A stretch of 64,000 bases of DNA from Christensenella sp. UBA7703 (GTDB lineage: Bacteria; Bacillota; Clostridia; Christensenellales; CAG-138), in NCBI GenBank assembly GCA_002482505.1, contig DLGD01000019.1, forward strand, positions 35,473-99,472, given 5' to 3'. Positions 38,167 through 48,938 of this stretch are shown in pieces. The notes under the pieces were generated by a model. The model had not been told where the DNA came from. It saw only the letters and a list, made by a program, of their open reading frames with translations, and ran no database searches. Both the position numbers and the translations under genes were made by a program. Position 1 is the stretch's first letter; the number at the start of each line of letters is the position of its first letter.

Positions 38167-38247
38167 ATCACTTTCCTTCGATGGCATGACCCAACAGGTT
38201 CCAAGGGTACTTCTCAGTCCGGCTGTTCTTCCGGACGCCCCCGTGAT
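38167..38247 (-). promoter_or_regulatory. TPP riboswitch
   Basis: Minus strand ATCACGGGGG...CTGAGAAGTACCCTTGGAACCTG-TTGGGT-CATGCCATCGAAGGAAAGTGAT, with the conserved CTGAGA, ACCC and ACCTG elements and a closing P1 stem. Confidence 0.9.
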
Positions 38248-38377
38248 GCGTCCTAGAATACACGCTTTTGCCGCATCTGTCAATCTTGACAAAGACAGTC
38301 TTCCAACGTAACATGATTTCGTATTCCCTCTTGCAAAGTAAGTAAAACAAAAAAAGAGGCAGAAAGAGAACAAGCAT

Positions 38378-38635
38378 ATGCGTTTGGATAAATACTTAAA
38401 GGTCTCCCGCATCATAAAAAGGCGCACCGTCGCCAACGAAGCCGCGGACGCAGGCCGCGTGAGCATCAACGGCAAGGTCGCAAAACCCTCCTCCGAGGTG
38501 AAGGAAGGCGACACGCTAGATCTGCTGCTCGGTGGCAAGCACCTGCTGGTACGCATCGAGAGCCTGAAGGAAAGCGTACACAAAGAGGATGCGGCAGGTA
38601 TGTATTCGGTGCTCGGTGGAGACGCGGACAAATGA
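38378..38635 (+). CDS. S4-domain RNA-binding protein (YabO/RqcP-like)
   Basis: MRLDKYLKVSRIIKRRTVANEA. Confidence 0.9.
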   Translation: MRLDKYLKVSRIIKRRTVANEAADAGRVSINGKVAKPSSEVKEGDTLDLLLGGKHLLVRIESLKESVHKEDAAGMYSVLGGDADK

Positions 38636-39744
38636 GCGGCACGGTCGCAATCCTGCTCTGCGCGGGCGGTTCCACGCGGATGGGGTTTGATAAGCTCCTA
38701 ACCCCCATCGCGGGAAAAACCGCCATCGAGCGTTCGCTCGACGCGCTCGTTTCCGGCGGAGCTATGGAAATCATCTTCACCGTTTCGCCGTCCACGCGCG
38801 CGTTTGTGGAGGAGATTGATTGCCCCGTTCCCTGCCGGATTGTCGAAGGCGGGCAAACGCGGGCGGAATCGGTTCTCCACGCACTGGAGTGCATCGAACG
38901 CGCGGACATCGTCGCGATTCACGACGCGGCACGCTGCATGGTCTCGCCCGAAACCGTACGCGAGAGCATCCTGAGCGCGGAAGCGTTCGGCAGCGGCATC
39001 GTCGCCGGAAAGGTGACGGACACGATCGTCCGGCTGAACGAGACCGGCGTGACCACGCTGGATCGCAGCCAACTCATCCGCATGCAAACCCCGCAGACGT
39101 TTCGCTTTGACCGCATTCTGCGCGCCTACCAACAGGGCGATCTTGGCCGCGTGACCGACGACTGCGCGCTCTACCTCGCGGCGGGCTACGAGCCGCGCTT
39201 TGTCTTCACCGAAGGCGAGGCGGCAAACCAGAAGCTCACCACCGGCGCCGACTGGCAGCTGGCTCTTGCGAGCTATGCGCACTTTGGCACGGGTTATGAC
39301 ACCCACCGCCTCGTGGAAGGGCGAAAACTAGTCCTCGGCGGTGTGGAGATTCCGTTTGAAAAAGGGCTGCTGGGGCATTCAGACGCGGATGTGCTCACGC
39401 ATGCAATCATCGACGCGCTGCTGGGCGCGGCGGGGTTGGGCGACATTGGGAGATTGTTCCCCGACACGGACGCTGCCTACAAGAACGCGGACAGCATCGC
39501 ACTGCTGCGCGAAGTGGTACGCAGAATCGAGGAAAACCGCCTGCGCGTGTCGCACGTGGACGCGACGATCATCTGCGAGCGCCCGAAGATCAAACCGCAC
39601 GCCGCCGCCATGCAAGCGATTCTCGCGGAAGCGATGCATATTTCCCCCGAATCCGTCTCCATCAAAGCCACCACGACCGAGGGCATGAATGACGAAGGAC
39701 GCGGGCTCTGTATCTCCGCCAGCGCGATCGCTTCCGTGGTATAA
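38632..39744 (+). CDS. ispDF: Bifunctional IspD/IspF
   Basis: AGGSTRMG.DK, HDAAR and QTPQ.F (IspD); GYDTH, HSDADV..HA..DA and KATTTE (IspF). Confidence 0.93.
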   Translation: MSGTVAILLCAGGSTRMGFDKLLTPIAGKTAIERSLDALVSGGAMEIIFTVSPSTRAFVEEIDCPVPCRIVEGGQTRAESVLHALECIERADIVAIHDAARCMVSPETVRESILSAEAFGSGIVAGKVTDTIVRLNETGVTTLDRSQLIRMQTPQTFRFDRILRAYQQGDLGRVTDDCALYLAAGYEPRFVFTEGEAANQKLTTGADWQLALASYAHFGTGYDTHRLVEGRKLVLGGVEIPFEKGLLGHSDADVLTHAIIDALLGAAGLGDIGRLFPDTDAAYKNADSIALLREVVRRIEENRLRVSHVDATIICERPKIKPHAAAMQAILAEAMHISPESVSIKATTTEGMNDEGRGLCISASAIASVV

Positions 39745-40216
39745 AAAAGCCCGTGGTTTCCAAGATTGACTGCAAAACCAGCCCTCGATTCTCCTGTTTG
39801 TTACATTTATGCCCAATTTCAATTGTATGCCATTATTCATATAGAAGGTGGCAGATCCAACGCCCCTTGCATACTTCTCCAAAACGCACTGTGTTTGGGT
39901 TGCTGGGGCGCCAAAAAACCATAATTATTAAGCCGTTTTTGCAAGCCATGGAAAAAGACCACGGAATTATCCTGGGATTCGCATTGCTTTTCCCCTGAAA
40001 TATACGGGTTGTTTTGTTTCATATGTGCCAAAAAATGTAACAAAACATCTCGTCATATGTAACGCCTTTCTCGCGCGGACACCAGAGCGGCGCCGCCAAC
40101 CGGTTTCGTTTTTTTAAGGATTCGTGTATACTGTAGGTCAGCGGATGCAGATTTGCATCCATATGTTTGAATCATCTAACGGGATTTCCCGTAGCAATGT
40201 TCCTTCCGGAGGGTTT

Positions 40217-42328
40217 ATGAAGCGTTCTGATCGAATGAAGCCTGTGTTCTTTCTGGGTTGCCTGCTGATTCCTCTTCTGCTTGCGGGCTGCGCCAAGGAA
40301 GAGCCGGTTTCCGCACCAACGCCGGCGCCAACGGAGGAAATTACTCCACAGGTATTCGCGCTCGCCGCTGAAACACAACAACCAGCCGTAGAGATCACTC
40401 CCGCGCCGGATGCTGCGCCCGCAAGCACGACCATCGATCCCGCCATTCAAACAATTCGCGACACGCTGTATCTCGATCGCGACACGCTGCAGCTTGTCGG
40501 ATTCAAAAGCGCGATCTTCCTGTATTCGGAGCCTTCCAAGAACGCATCTCATGTCAAGCTCAAAAACACGACCGCACTCAAGGTGCCGGACGAGCTGATC
40601 GTTCTCTCCGAAACCACCTCCGCAGAAGGCGACTTGTTCTATCAGGTGCGCGCCGTCTTCTCCGAGGAGACCGGTTATGTGTTGGAAAAAGACACACGCT
40701 ACAGCAAGCTTGCCCAAAGTGGGGTATCCGGTTTTGCGCAGATTGAATCCAACGGTTGCTTCATTCTTGCCGACGCGAACAAAAAATCAACCGTGCTCGC
40801 GATTGAGAGCGATCAAGCTGTACGCATTCTGGGCGAATACAAAGATTTTTATTATATCCTGACCGAGGATGGGACGGTTGGCTTCGCGGAACCCGCGCAG
40901 CTCACACTCATCGAGCGGGAAGATTTGGAGGAACGCCTCGCCCTCGCAAGCGCGCCGGGCGTGTTGCAAACGGTAAGCGACCCGCTCAAGGAAGCCTCTG
41001 CCGCCAATGCGGCGAAGATGCTCCGCGCCGGGGTGAAAAGCGCATCGGTTGACTATTGGAACACCGCGCAGTCCCATTCCACCCGCCAGGGTCAACTGAA
41101 AAAAGACGCAGTCGCGATGCTCTCCCTTGCGGCGGGCACGGGCCAAGTCCCCGTCGGACGCGAGGGTATTCAGTTTTTACCGTGCCTGGAGGTTCCGCCG
41201 CTGGCGGAAGGGGAAGAGCTCCAGCAAGGGTTGGACTTCAACATCCACGGCTCTATCTTCACGGACAGCCCGCTCACGAGCGTCTCCGCCTCGTTTACTT
41301 CGCTGGGTCAAGGTTCCTCCATCGACGTGAGCGTCAGCTTCCGCCCGGAGGACAACATTCGCAATTACTCCATCTGTTCCGAAGACGAGACCGTCGAAGG
41401 CAAAGCGCTCGACACGCTGTTTGACATCAGCCTCCTGCGCGCCGGACGCTATCACTTCACGCTTACGGCAAAAACCGTCGCAAAGCCGGAGGGCACCACG
41501 CTCCAGTCGGTCGAATGCAAAATCGTCGACACGAGCCGCATCGTGCTAACCCGCAATAAATTTGACGACAATTATGTCGAAGCAAACAGGTTCTTCGGCG
41601 GAGACACCGGAAAATTCTTATTCCACTATTCCCTTACGGACGATAGAGGCATCTCGACGGAGAACGATTGGCGCAACAAGTATATTGTTGAGTCCAGTCT
41701 CGGACGCGTCCACAGCGACGCGGTGCCGTATTTTGAGGCGGCAAACCACTATCTGGAGAATACGTATATCTGCGTCACGATTGTTAACCCGCGCACCGGA
41801 AAGACCACGGACGGGCGCGTGACGCTGCTCAAAGACCTGATCGAAAAAGAGACCACCTATGTGCCCCGCTTTCAGTCCAACCTTGAATATGTCAGCCACC
41901 ATACGCTCGGCACGGCGATTGACGTCAACGACAACATGTATCCAAACTTTAATGTCCTGAGCAATCACGACCTCGTCGGCAGCGAAGTGAAACAACATCT
42001 GGTCTACAACGGAATCAAGACCGCGGAAGACGGAAAACAGTATTACGACTTTACCTATGACGGCAGCTATTCCGCAAAATTTGAGCGCGTACCAAAGACG
42101 ATCATCAACTATCTGCTCTATGAGCTGGCGTTTTTCCGCGCGGGGTTCCAGTGGGGCTACTATTATGAAACCGCCTGCGACGGCATGCACTTCATGCTCA
42201 CGGAAAACGACATCAACCGCCACATGCACACGGATATCGGGCTAAGAAAGGTGTACGCGTACATCGATCCGGAGTGGTTTTATTCCGGCTCACCCGCGCC
42301 TGCCGCGGCAGAAACTCCCGTACCGTAA
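40217..42328 (+). CDS. Lipoprotein with SH3-like domains and a C-terminal M15-family metallopeptidase
   Basis: Lipobox LLAGC; SHHTLGTAIDVN and FQWG...DGMHF zinc-ligand motifs. Confidence 0.8.
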   Translation: MKRSDRMKPVFFLGCLLIPLLLAGCAKEEPVSAPTPAPTEEITPQVFALAAETQQPAVEITPAPDAAPASTTIDPAIQTIRDTLYLDRDTLQLVGFKSAIFLYSEPSKNASHVKLKNTTALKVPDELIVLSETTSAEGDLFYQVRAVFSEETGYVLEKDTRYSKLAQSGVSGFAQIESNGCFILADANKKSTVLAIESDQAVRILGEYKDFYYILTEDGTVGFAEPAQLTLIEREDLEERLALASAPGVLQTVSDPLKEASAANAAKMLRAGVKSASVDYWNTAQSHSTRQGQLKKDAVAMLSLAAGTGQVPVGREGIQFLPCLEVPPLAEGEELQQGLDFNIHGSIFTDSPLTSVSASFTSLGQGSSIDVSVSFRPEDNIRNYSICSEDETVEGKALDTLFDISLLRAGRYHFTLTAKTVAKPEGTTLQSVECKIVDTSRIVLTRNKFDDNYVEANRFFGGDTGKFLFHYSLTDDRGISTENDWRNKYIVESSLGRVHSDAVPYFEAANHYLENTYICVTIVNPRTGKTTDGRVTLLKDLIEKETTYVPRFQSNLEYVSHHTLGTAIDVNDNMYPNFNVLSNHDLVGSEVKQHLVYNGIKTAEDGKQYYDFTYDGSYSAKFERVPKTIINYLLYELAFFRAGFQWGYYYETACDGMHFMLTENDINRHMHTDIGLRKVYAYIDPEWFYSGSPAPAAAETPVP

Positions 42329-42548
42329 CGCTGATCAACAAAACATCGATCAAGGAGCTGACCAAAACGGGCAGCTCCTTCTTGCTCTATCCGGCTCGCT
42401 TGGCCCCCTTCATTGCTGCAACCCATCATCCCGTTCGTGCCTGCGCTTTGCGTTTTTTGATTGCTCGTGTATACTAGAAGGCATCCATCATGACCGAGGT
42501 GCTGTTTTTCTTGCAAAGAACTGTGCCGTCATGTTACTCAGGAGACGT

Positions 42549-44720
42549 ATGAAACCATCCCAGTTCATCCCAAGCAGCATCATGATCCTCTTCCTCGCGG
42601 GCACATCCCTTGCTGCGCCGCTGACGTTTGCCGCGCCGCCGACGCTAAGGGCGGAAACCACCGCCACGCCGGAGGCAACGCCCGCGCCCCTTGCGTCCGC
42701 AACGCCGGAACCGCAGGCGGACGAATCCACCGCCGTAACCGCAAGCAGCGCGTTCGCCGTAGTGGATGTTGCCGCGCGCATCCGCGAAAACCTGATGACC
42801 GATCAACCCACGCTCAAGCTTATCGCAATGGGCAGTGCGATCTTCCTCTATCCTGAACCCACCACAAAATCGACCAAGATCCGGCTGACAAACGAAAACG
42901 TACGTAAACTCAACGAGCTGATCGTTTTGGATGAGATCACTTCACCGGGAGGCACCCCGTTTTATCATGTGCGCGCCGCTTTCTCGCAGGACACGGGTTA
43001 TGTGCTCGTCAAGGACGCGCGAGCGAGCCGCCTCGAAGGAAAAGGCGAGCCGGGCTTTGCAAAAATCGAGGCCGCTGCATGCGCCCTCCTCGTCACGCCG
43101 GAAGAAAAAGCGCCCGTTCTCGCAAAGGAGTGCGAGCATCTGGTCCGTATCCTCGGCGAACTGGACGGATATTATTATGTGATCACCGAAGCGGGCAACT
43201 TTGGCTATGTGCTACCCGCGCAGTTGACGCGCGTCAGCCTTGAAGAGGTAAACGACCGCATCGCGCGCGCAGAGGCACCCGCCGTCAAAAAAACCATGAA
43301 CGACCCGATGACGGAAGCCTCCGCAGCCAATGCGGCAAAGATGCTTCGTGCGGGCACGGACAGCGCAGCGGTTCACTATTGGACGACGGCGGAGGCGCAT
43401 GTTGCCCAGCAGGGCTGGCTGAAGAAAGCAACCATCGCGATGCTCTCCGTGACAACCGGCAGCGAAACCACGCCGATCGGGTATGAAGGAATTGCGTTTC
43501 GCACCTGTCCGGAAGTACCGATGCTGGAGCAGGGCGAGAGTCTCCAGCGTGGACTGGACTTCAACCTCCACGGATCGCTCTATTCCGACAGCCCGATTAC
43601 GAGCGTGAGCGCGGAGATGGTGCCCGTCTCCGATACCGGCGCCGCCATCCGCCAGAGCGTCACTTTCCTGCCAACGCAGAACATCACCGCGTATTCCCTG
43701 ACCTCCAGAGATCAGGAATCGCTGGATAAAAAATTCGACATTCGCAAACTCCGCGCGGGGCAATATCACTTTACGCTCACGGCGACGAGTGTTTCAAATC
43801 CCGAACCCGTGACGCTGGTCTCTGTGGACTGCGGCATCGTCTCGATGAAGAAACCAACCCTCACGCGAAACAAGTTTGACGACAACTATCTCGACGCGCT
43901 GGAATTCTTCCAGGGTGACACAAGCGCGTTCCTGTTTCCGTATTACATCGGAGACGGGCGTGGCATCGGAACTGACCCGTTCTGGCGGGATGCGCATCTC
44001 GTGCGCTCCGATCTGGGGCGGGTGCATGTCAACGCCGTGCCGAACTTTGAGACGGCGTATCATTACCTAAACAACACCTATGTGCGCGTTTCGCTGATGA
44101 ACACCAGAACTGGAAAGCTGATGGTCGGGCACACGATGCTTCTCGATGATTTGATGGACAAGTGCGCAACCTATGTACCGCGCTTTCAGTCCAACCTCGA
44201 ATACCTGAGCCACCATACGCTGGGCACGGCGGCGGATGTGAACGACAATATGTTCCCCAACGCGAACATCCCCAGAAACCACGACCTGATCGGCGGTGAG
44301 GTGCGCAACCACCTCGTGTACAACGGCATCCAGACGGACGAAAAAGGCACGCGTTATTACGACTTTACCTATGACGGATCGTATCCCGCGCGCTATAAGG
44401 CGGTACCGACCACGATCATCAACTATCTTCTTTACGAGCTGGCGTTCTATCGCGCGGGATTTGAGTGGGGGTTCTATTATGAAACCACCTGTGACGCGAT
44501 GCACTTCATGCTCACGGAAAACGACAAAAACCGGCACATGCACACGGATATCGGGCTACGAAAGGTCTACGAATATATCGATCCCGACTGGGTCTATGTG
44601 CCGACGCCCTCTCCCGCTCCCGCTCCTTCGCTTACGCCGAAGATGAACACTACGCCAACACCAAAGGGAGCGCAAACACCGGCACCGTCGCCAACGCCGG
44701 CACCGACACCAACGAAATAA
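42549..44720 (+). CDS. Secreted M15-family metallopeptidase, tandem paralog of the upstream gene
   Basis: Signal peptide; SHHTLGTAADVN and FEWG...DAMHF; colinear similarity to 40217-42328; PT-rich tail. Confidence 0.8.
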   Translation: MKPSQFIPSSIMILFLAGTSLAAPLTFAAPPTLRAETTATPEATPAPLASATPEPQADESTAVTASSAFAVVDVAARIRENLMTDQPTLKLIAMGSAIFLYPEPTTKSTKIRLTNENVRKLNELIVLDEITSPGGTPFYHVRAAFSQDTGYVLVKDARASRLEGKGEPGFAKIEAAACALLVTPEEKAPVLAKECEHLVRILGELDGYYYVITEAGNFGYVLPAQLTRVSLEEVNDRIARAEAPAVKKTMNDPMTEASAANAAKMLRAGTDSAAVHYWTTAEAHVAQQGWLKKATIAMLSVTTGSETTPIGYEGIAFRTCPEVPMLEQGESLQRGLDFNLHGSLYSDSPITSVSAEMVPVSDTGAAIRQSVTFLPTQNITAYSLTSRDQESLDKKFDIRKLRAGQYHFTLTATSVSNPEPVTLVSVDCGIVSMKKPTLTRNKFDDNYLDALEFFQGDTSAFLFPYYIGDGRGIGTDPFWRDAHLVRSDLGRVHVNAVPNFETAYHYLNNTYVRVSLMNTRTGKLMVGHTMLLDDLMDKCATYVPRFQSNLEYLSHHTLGTAADVNDNMFPNANIPRNHDLIGGEVRNHLVYNGIQTDEKGTRYYDFTYDGSYPARYKAVPTTIINYLLYELAFYRAGFEWGFYYETTCDAMHFMLTENDKNRHMHTDIGLRKVYEYIDPDWVYVPTPSPAPAPSLTPKMNTTPTPKGAQTPAPSPTPAPTPTK

Positions 44721-44734
44721 CACGTTATGGCATT

Positions 44735-44764
44735 AAAAAACGGGAGCACGCGCTCCCGTTTTTT
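44735..44764. terminator. Bidirectional terminator
   Basis: AAAAAACGGGAGC-acgc-GCTCCCGTTTTTT. Confidence 0.85.
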
Positions 44765-44775
44765 GATCTACTGTG

Positions 44776-46803
44776 CTACTTCCTCGACCTGCCCTTGTTG
44801 CGTTTCTTTGCGCCGATGGTACCAGGCTTTGCTTTGGCCGCGCGCTCCAACGCTTCCTCGCCGGAGAGCTTGCGGATTTCGTCGCGCAGCTTTGCCGCGT
44901 GCTCAAATTCCAACTCCCGTGCTGCCGCGCGCATCTCCTCGGTAAGCATCTTCACGCGCGCTGCCTTCTCCTCCGCGCTCATCTCGTCGCCGGCATCCTC
45001 GACCTTTTTCGTGATGAGCAGCGTCGCGCGCACTGCTTTCTTGATGCTTTGCGGCGTGATGCCGTGCTCTTCATTGTATGCCTTTTGTATTGTTCTTCTG
45101 CGGTCTGTCTCGTCCATCGCATACTTCATGCTAGGCGTGATCACATCCGCATATAGGATAACTTTGCCTTCTACGTTTCGCGCGGCTCTCCCAATGGTTT
45201 GCACAAGGCTCGTGGACGAGCGCAAGAAACCTTCTTTGTCCGCGTCGAGTATCGCAACAAGCCCCACTTCCGGTAAATCCAATCCCTCACGAAGCAGATT
45301 GATCCCCACCAGAACGTCAAAATCGCCCAACCGCAGATCGCGGATGATCTCCATACGCTCGATGGTTTCGATGTCCGCATGCATATAGCGTACCTTGACG
45401 CCCATGCCGTCGAGATATTCGGTCAAGTCCTCCGCCATGCGCTTGGTCAAGGTGGTAACGAGCGTGCGATAGCCTTTTTGCGCCTGCTTGCGAACCTCCC
45501 CCAGCAGGTCGTCGATCTGCCCTTTGACGGGTCGAACCTCCACTTCTGGGTCGATTAACCCCGTTGGACGAATGATTTGCTCCACAACCTGTGAAGATCG
45601 GTTCATTTCGTATTCCGCCGGTGTTGCGGAGACGCAGATCATCTGCGGTATTCTCGCCTCAAATTCCGGGAACTTCAGCGGGCGGTTGTCATATGCGCTC
45701 GGAATACGAAAGCCGTAGTCCACAAGCGCGGTCTTGCGCGCGAGGTCTCCGCGAAACATGGCTCCGATCTGCGGAATCGTCACGTGGCTTTCGTCCACAA
45801 TCAGCAGGAAATCCTTCGGGAAATAGTCGATCAGCGTAAACGGCGGCTGTCCGGGTTTGCGCCCGTCAAAATAGCGCGAATAGTTTTCGATGCCGTTGCA
45901 ATAGCCGATTTCGCGCATCATCTCGATGTCATACTGCGTGCGCTGCTCAATTCTCTGCGCCTCGATCAGGCGATCCATGCGTTTAAACTCGTCCCGCCGC
46001 GCTTCAGCATCGCTCCAGATGGTGTCGATGGCGGCTTCCAGCTTTTCACGGCTGGTTGCATAGTGCGACGCGGGGAAAATCGCGACATGCGCGCGCTCGC
46101 CAAGCAGTTCCCCTGTGAGCGAATTGACATCCATGATGCGCTCCACCTCGTCGCCGAAGAACTCCACGCGAATCGCGGTACCCGCGCTGGAGATCGGGAA
46201 GATATCCAGCACATCTCCGCGGGCGCGGAAGGTGCCGCGTGAAAAATCGATGTCGTTTCGCTGAAACTGGATATCGACAAGTTTACGCGTGACCTCTTCG
46301 CGGCTGATCTGCATACCTTTTCTGAGAGAGACCGAGAGGCGCATATACTCCTCCGGATCGCCCAGCGCATAGATGCAGGAGACGGAGGAAACGATGATCA
46401 CATCCCGCCGCTCGTTGAGCGAGCTGGTTGCGCTGTAGCGCAGGCGGTCGATCTCCTCGTTGATCGCGGTCGTCTTCTCGATGTAAGTATCCGACGCGGG
46501 GATATACGCCTCCGGCTGATAGTAGTCGTAATAGCTCACGAAATACTCCACCGCGCTATCTGGAAAAAACTCCCGAAACTCGGAGCAGAGCTGCGCCGCG
46601 AGGGTTTTGTTGTGCGCGATGACCAGCGTGGGCTTCTGCACACGCTCAATCACCTTTGCTATAGTGTAGGTTTTGCCGCTGCCGGTCACACCCAGCAGCA
46701 CCTGCGCCTTGTCGCCGCGCTCCACACCCTCCGACAGGCGGTCAATCGCCTGCGGCTGGTCGCCCGCGGGTTCATATTCGGAGACAAGCTTGAATTCGTT
46801 CAT
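44776..46803 (-). CDS. uvrB: Excinuclease ABC subunit B
   Basis: [35 protein letters not shown] and a UVR coiled coil. Confidence 0.98.
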   Translation of the reverse strand: MNEFKLVSEYEPAGDQPQAIDRLSEGVERGDKAQVLLGVTGSGKTYTIAKVIERVQKPTLVIAHNKTLAAQLCSEFREFFPDSAVEYFVSYYDYYQPEAYIPASDTYIEKTTAINEEIDRLRYSATSSLNERRDVIIVSSVSCIYALGDPEEYMRLSVSLRKGMQISREEVTRKLVDIQFQRNDIDFSRGTFRARGDVLDIFPISSAGTAIRVEFFGDEVERIMDVNSLTGELLGERAHVAIFPASHYATSREKLEAAIDTIWSDAEARRDEFKRMDRLIEAQRIEQRTQYDIEMMREIGYCNGIENYSRYFDGRKPGQPPFTLIDYFPKDFLLIVDESHVTIPQIGAMFRGDLARKTALVDYGFRIPSAYDNRPLKFPEFEARIPQMICVSATPAEYEMNRSSQVVEQIIRPTGLIDPEVEVRPVKGQIDDLLGEVRKQAQKGYRTLVTTLTKRMAEDLTEYLDGMGVKVRYMHADIETIERMEIIRDLRLGDFDVLVGINLLREGLDLPEVGLVAILDADKEGFLRSSTSLVQTIGRAARNVEGKVILYADVITPSMKYAMDETDRRRTIQKAYNEEHGITPQSIKKAVRATLLITKKVEDAGDEMSAEEKAARVKMLTEEMRAAARELEFEHAAKLRDEIRKLSGEEALERAAKAKPGTIGAKKRNKGRSRK

Positions 46804-47090
46804 AGAATTTCATACACGACGGTTTTTCCGTCGACACGGTGGGCATAGATATACTCCCGCGCCTCTTCATGCGCGGGGTGCTTATCGTAGACCGCGATGG
46901 CTTCGAGGTTTTCGAACGTGCACGTCAGCGCGAGGTCATAGCTGCGCGCGCCGTTGTGCCAGATATCCGCGCCCGTCTCCATCGAGAGGATTTCGGGAAT
47001 TTTTCCAAGCATGCCGTGGAGTTTTTCAATCACCGTCGGCAGGCATTCTTCCGGATCGCGAAACTTGAACAGGACGATGTATTTGAGCAT
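46800..47090 (-). CDS. Dabb (stress-responsive A/B barrel) protein
   Basis: YIVLFKF, IPEI...ETG, YDLAL...F and Y..HPAH; ATGA overlap with uvrB. Confidence 0.85.
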   Translation of the reverse strand: MLKYIVLFKFRDPEECLPTVIEKLHGMLGKIPEILSMETGADIWHNGARSYDLALTCTFENLEAIAVYDKHPAHEEAREYIYAHRVDGKTVVYEIL

Positions 47091-47137
47091 AGCGGGCGCT
47101 CCTTTCGGGTTGCTTCATTTGGGGAAATGGATCAAGA

Positions 47138-47422
47138 TCAGAATTCAAAATCGACCGTCGCGGTCGCCGTGCGGTGTGCTTTGATATAGGCGCGCGCTTT
47201 CTCGTGCTCCGGATGGTGGTCGTAGAGTTCGAGGTCTTCCTTGGTGTCAAAGGTGACGATCAGCGCCAGATCAAAACTGCGCTCGCTGTGCTTAAAATCG
47301 CGTCCGGTTTCGATGGTGCGAATCTGCGGAACGGTTTCCTTCAGCGCGAGCAGCATCCCGCTCGCCACCGGCGCCTGTTCGTCCGGGTTTTCAAACTTGG
47401 TGAATACGATGTGCTTGATCAT
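47138..47422 (-). CDS. Dabb protein, tandem paralog
   Basis: MIKHIVFTKF, VPQI..IETG.D, FDLAL...F and Y..HPEH; AAGGAG RBS. Confidence 0.85.
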   Translation of the reverse strand: MIKHIVFTKFENPDEQAPVASGMLLALKETVPQIRTIETGRDFKHSERSFDLALIVTFDTKEDLELYDHHPEHEKARAYIKAHRTATATVDFEF

Positions 47423-47521
47423 TGTGGTACTCCTTATTTTAAACTCAATCAGTATAGTTTGATTTTGCATCAAACGCTTGACCGCAATTGCGAAAAAATC
47501 AAGCTCGCGGTTGAGAAACGA

Positions 47522-48499
47522 TCAAAAATGCTCTTGGCACGCGAGAACCAGCGAATCCTCCGCCTTTGCAAGCCCCTGCTTCTGGTTCCATTCGATGGCG
47601 ATGAACGCGTCCAGCATCTCGACCAGCTGCGCATAGCTCCGTTTTTTCGCGCTTGCCGCGGCCTTTTGCACGGGGTATGGCTTCATGCCGAGCAGTTGCG
47701 CCGTCTGTGCCTCCGTCTTACCGCCAAGCAGGCATTGCTTGACGTTTAGCACGTTTCGCACATTGCGCGAAAACAGCGTCGCAAGCCCCATCGCATTTTC
47801 GGAAGGATCGTTGACCAACTCTAAAAGTGCGCGCATGCCGTCTTTCTTTTTGCCCGACCAGAGGTCGTCCATGATGGAAAACACCTTTGCCTCGCTCGGC
47901 GGGCGGACACAGGCGTCCACCGCCTTGATCGTCACGCGGTTGCCAAAGCCGACATAGGCGCCGAGCATCAATAGCGTATTTTCCAGCGCGCCGAGGTCGG
48001 AACCCAGAAACGCGATCATTCGGTTGGCGGCCGATTCGTCGAGCACGATGCCGTTGTCCTTTGCGCGCTTTTGCAAAAAGGCGTTGAGCTGAGTACCCGT
48101 CAGCGGGTCAAACGAGACCACGCGATTGAGCGCCAAAACCGCCTTATACAGCGGGTTGGCCAGCGGCGGTTTGCCCGGGCGGACGAAGAGCAGCGCTGTC
48201 GTCTGCGGCATGGATTTGATGTAACTCTCCAGCGCGTTGGCTGTGTCCGCGTCAAACTCCTGCACCACCACGACGCGCAGCTCGTCAAAAAACGGCATCG
48301 TCTCGGCAGCCGCCTGAATCTCGGCGGCCTGAGGCGCGCGCAGAACCGTCGTGTTCATGTCCCGCAGGTCGGGATTGGTGCGTTCGATGACCGCACGCAC
48401 GCCTTTGTTCAGGCTGTACGGGTCCTCTCCGCAAAAATAATATGCGCCGCCGACGGAAGCCCCGCCGATCAGCTCCTTCATAAAAGTCATTCCATCCAT
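47522..48499 (-). CDS. holA: DNA polymerase III delta subunit
   Basis: Y.F.GED.Y and AETMPFF...RVVVV; appropriate size; comEC-holA synteny. Confidence 0.88.
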   Translation of the reverse strand: MDGMTFMKELIGGASVGGAYYFCGEDPYSLNKGVRAVIERTNPDLRDMNTTVLRAPQAAEIQAAAETMPFFDELRVVVVQEFDADTANALESYIKSMPQTTALLFVRPGKPPLANPLYKAVLALNRVVSFDPLTGTQLNAFLQKRAKDNGIVLDESAANRMIAFLGSDLGALENTLLMLGAYVGFGNRVTIKAVDACVRPPSEAKVFSIMDDLWSGKKKDGMRALLELVNDPSENAMGLATLFSRNVRNVLNVKQCLLGGKTEAQTAQLLGMKPYPVQKAAASAKKRSYAQLVEMLDAFIAIEWNQKQGLAKAEDSLVLACQEHF

Positions 48500-48677
48500 C
48501 GGGTGTATTATACCATTTCAAGCAAGTCTTGCAAACGATTGTTCTTACTATTTGAGGAGGTGAGGAACCATCCAGAAATGGATCGCTCTTTTTTGCGCGT
48601 GGCGCGGGCGGATCTAACCTCACAGAATGAAAAGCCTTGACATTCGGCACTGCGGGCGGATGTACGCGAGAGGGCGC

Positions 48678-48817
48678 CGCGGACGGATGCTATCCGCCCC
48701 TACAGGCGGCTAGAGCCGATCCTCAAGCAAACCTCGTGTTCGTTTCAACAAAAATCCTTCACAGATTCACCCGCCGAACCACGTGGGTTCTGTAGGGGCG
48801 GATACCATCCGCCCGCG
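48678..48817. repeat. Inverted REP doublet (REPIN-like)
   Basis: CGCGGACGGATGCTATCCGCCCCTACA (48678-48704) and TGTAGGGGCGGATACCATCCGCCCGCG (48791-48817) are near-perfect reverse complements. Confidence 0.8.
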
Positions 48818-48938
48818 CACTTCTTCCCATTTCTGGATAACCCCTTCTTATTCCGAAGAGAAAAAGCAAACGGCTTTATTATGCAACGCATCGATCTACA
48901 CGAAATCAAACATAAGTATTGGTTTCATCTTACCATTC

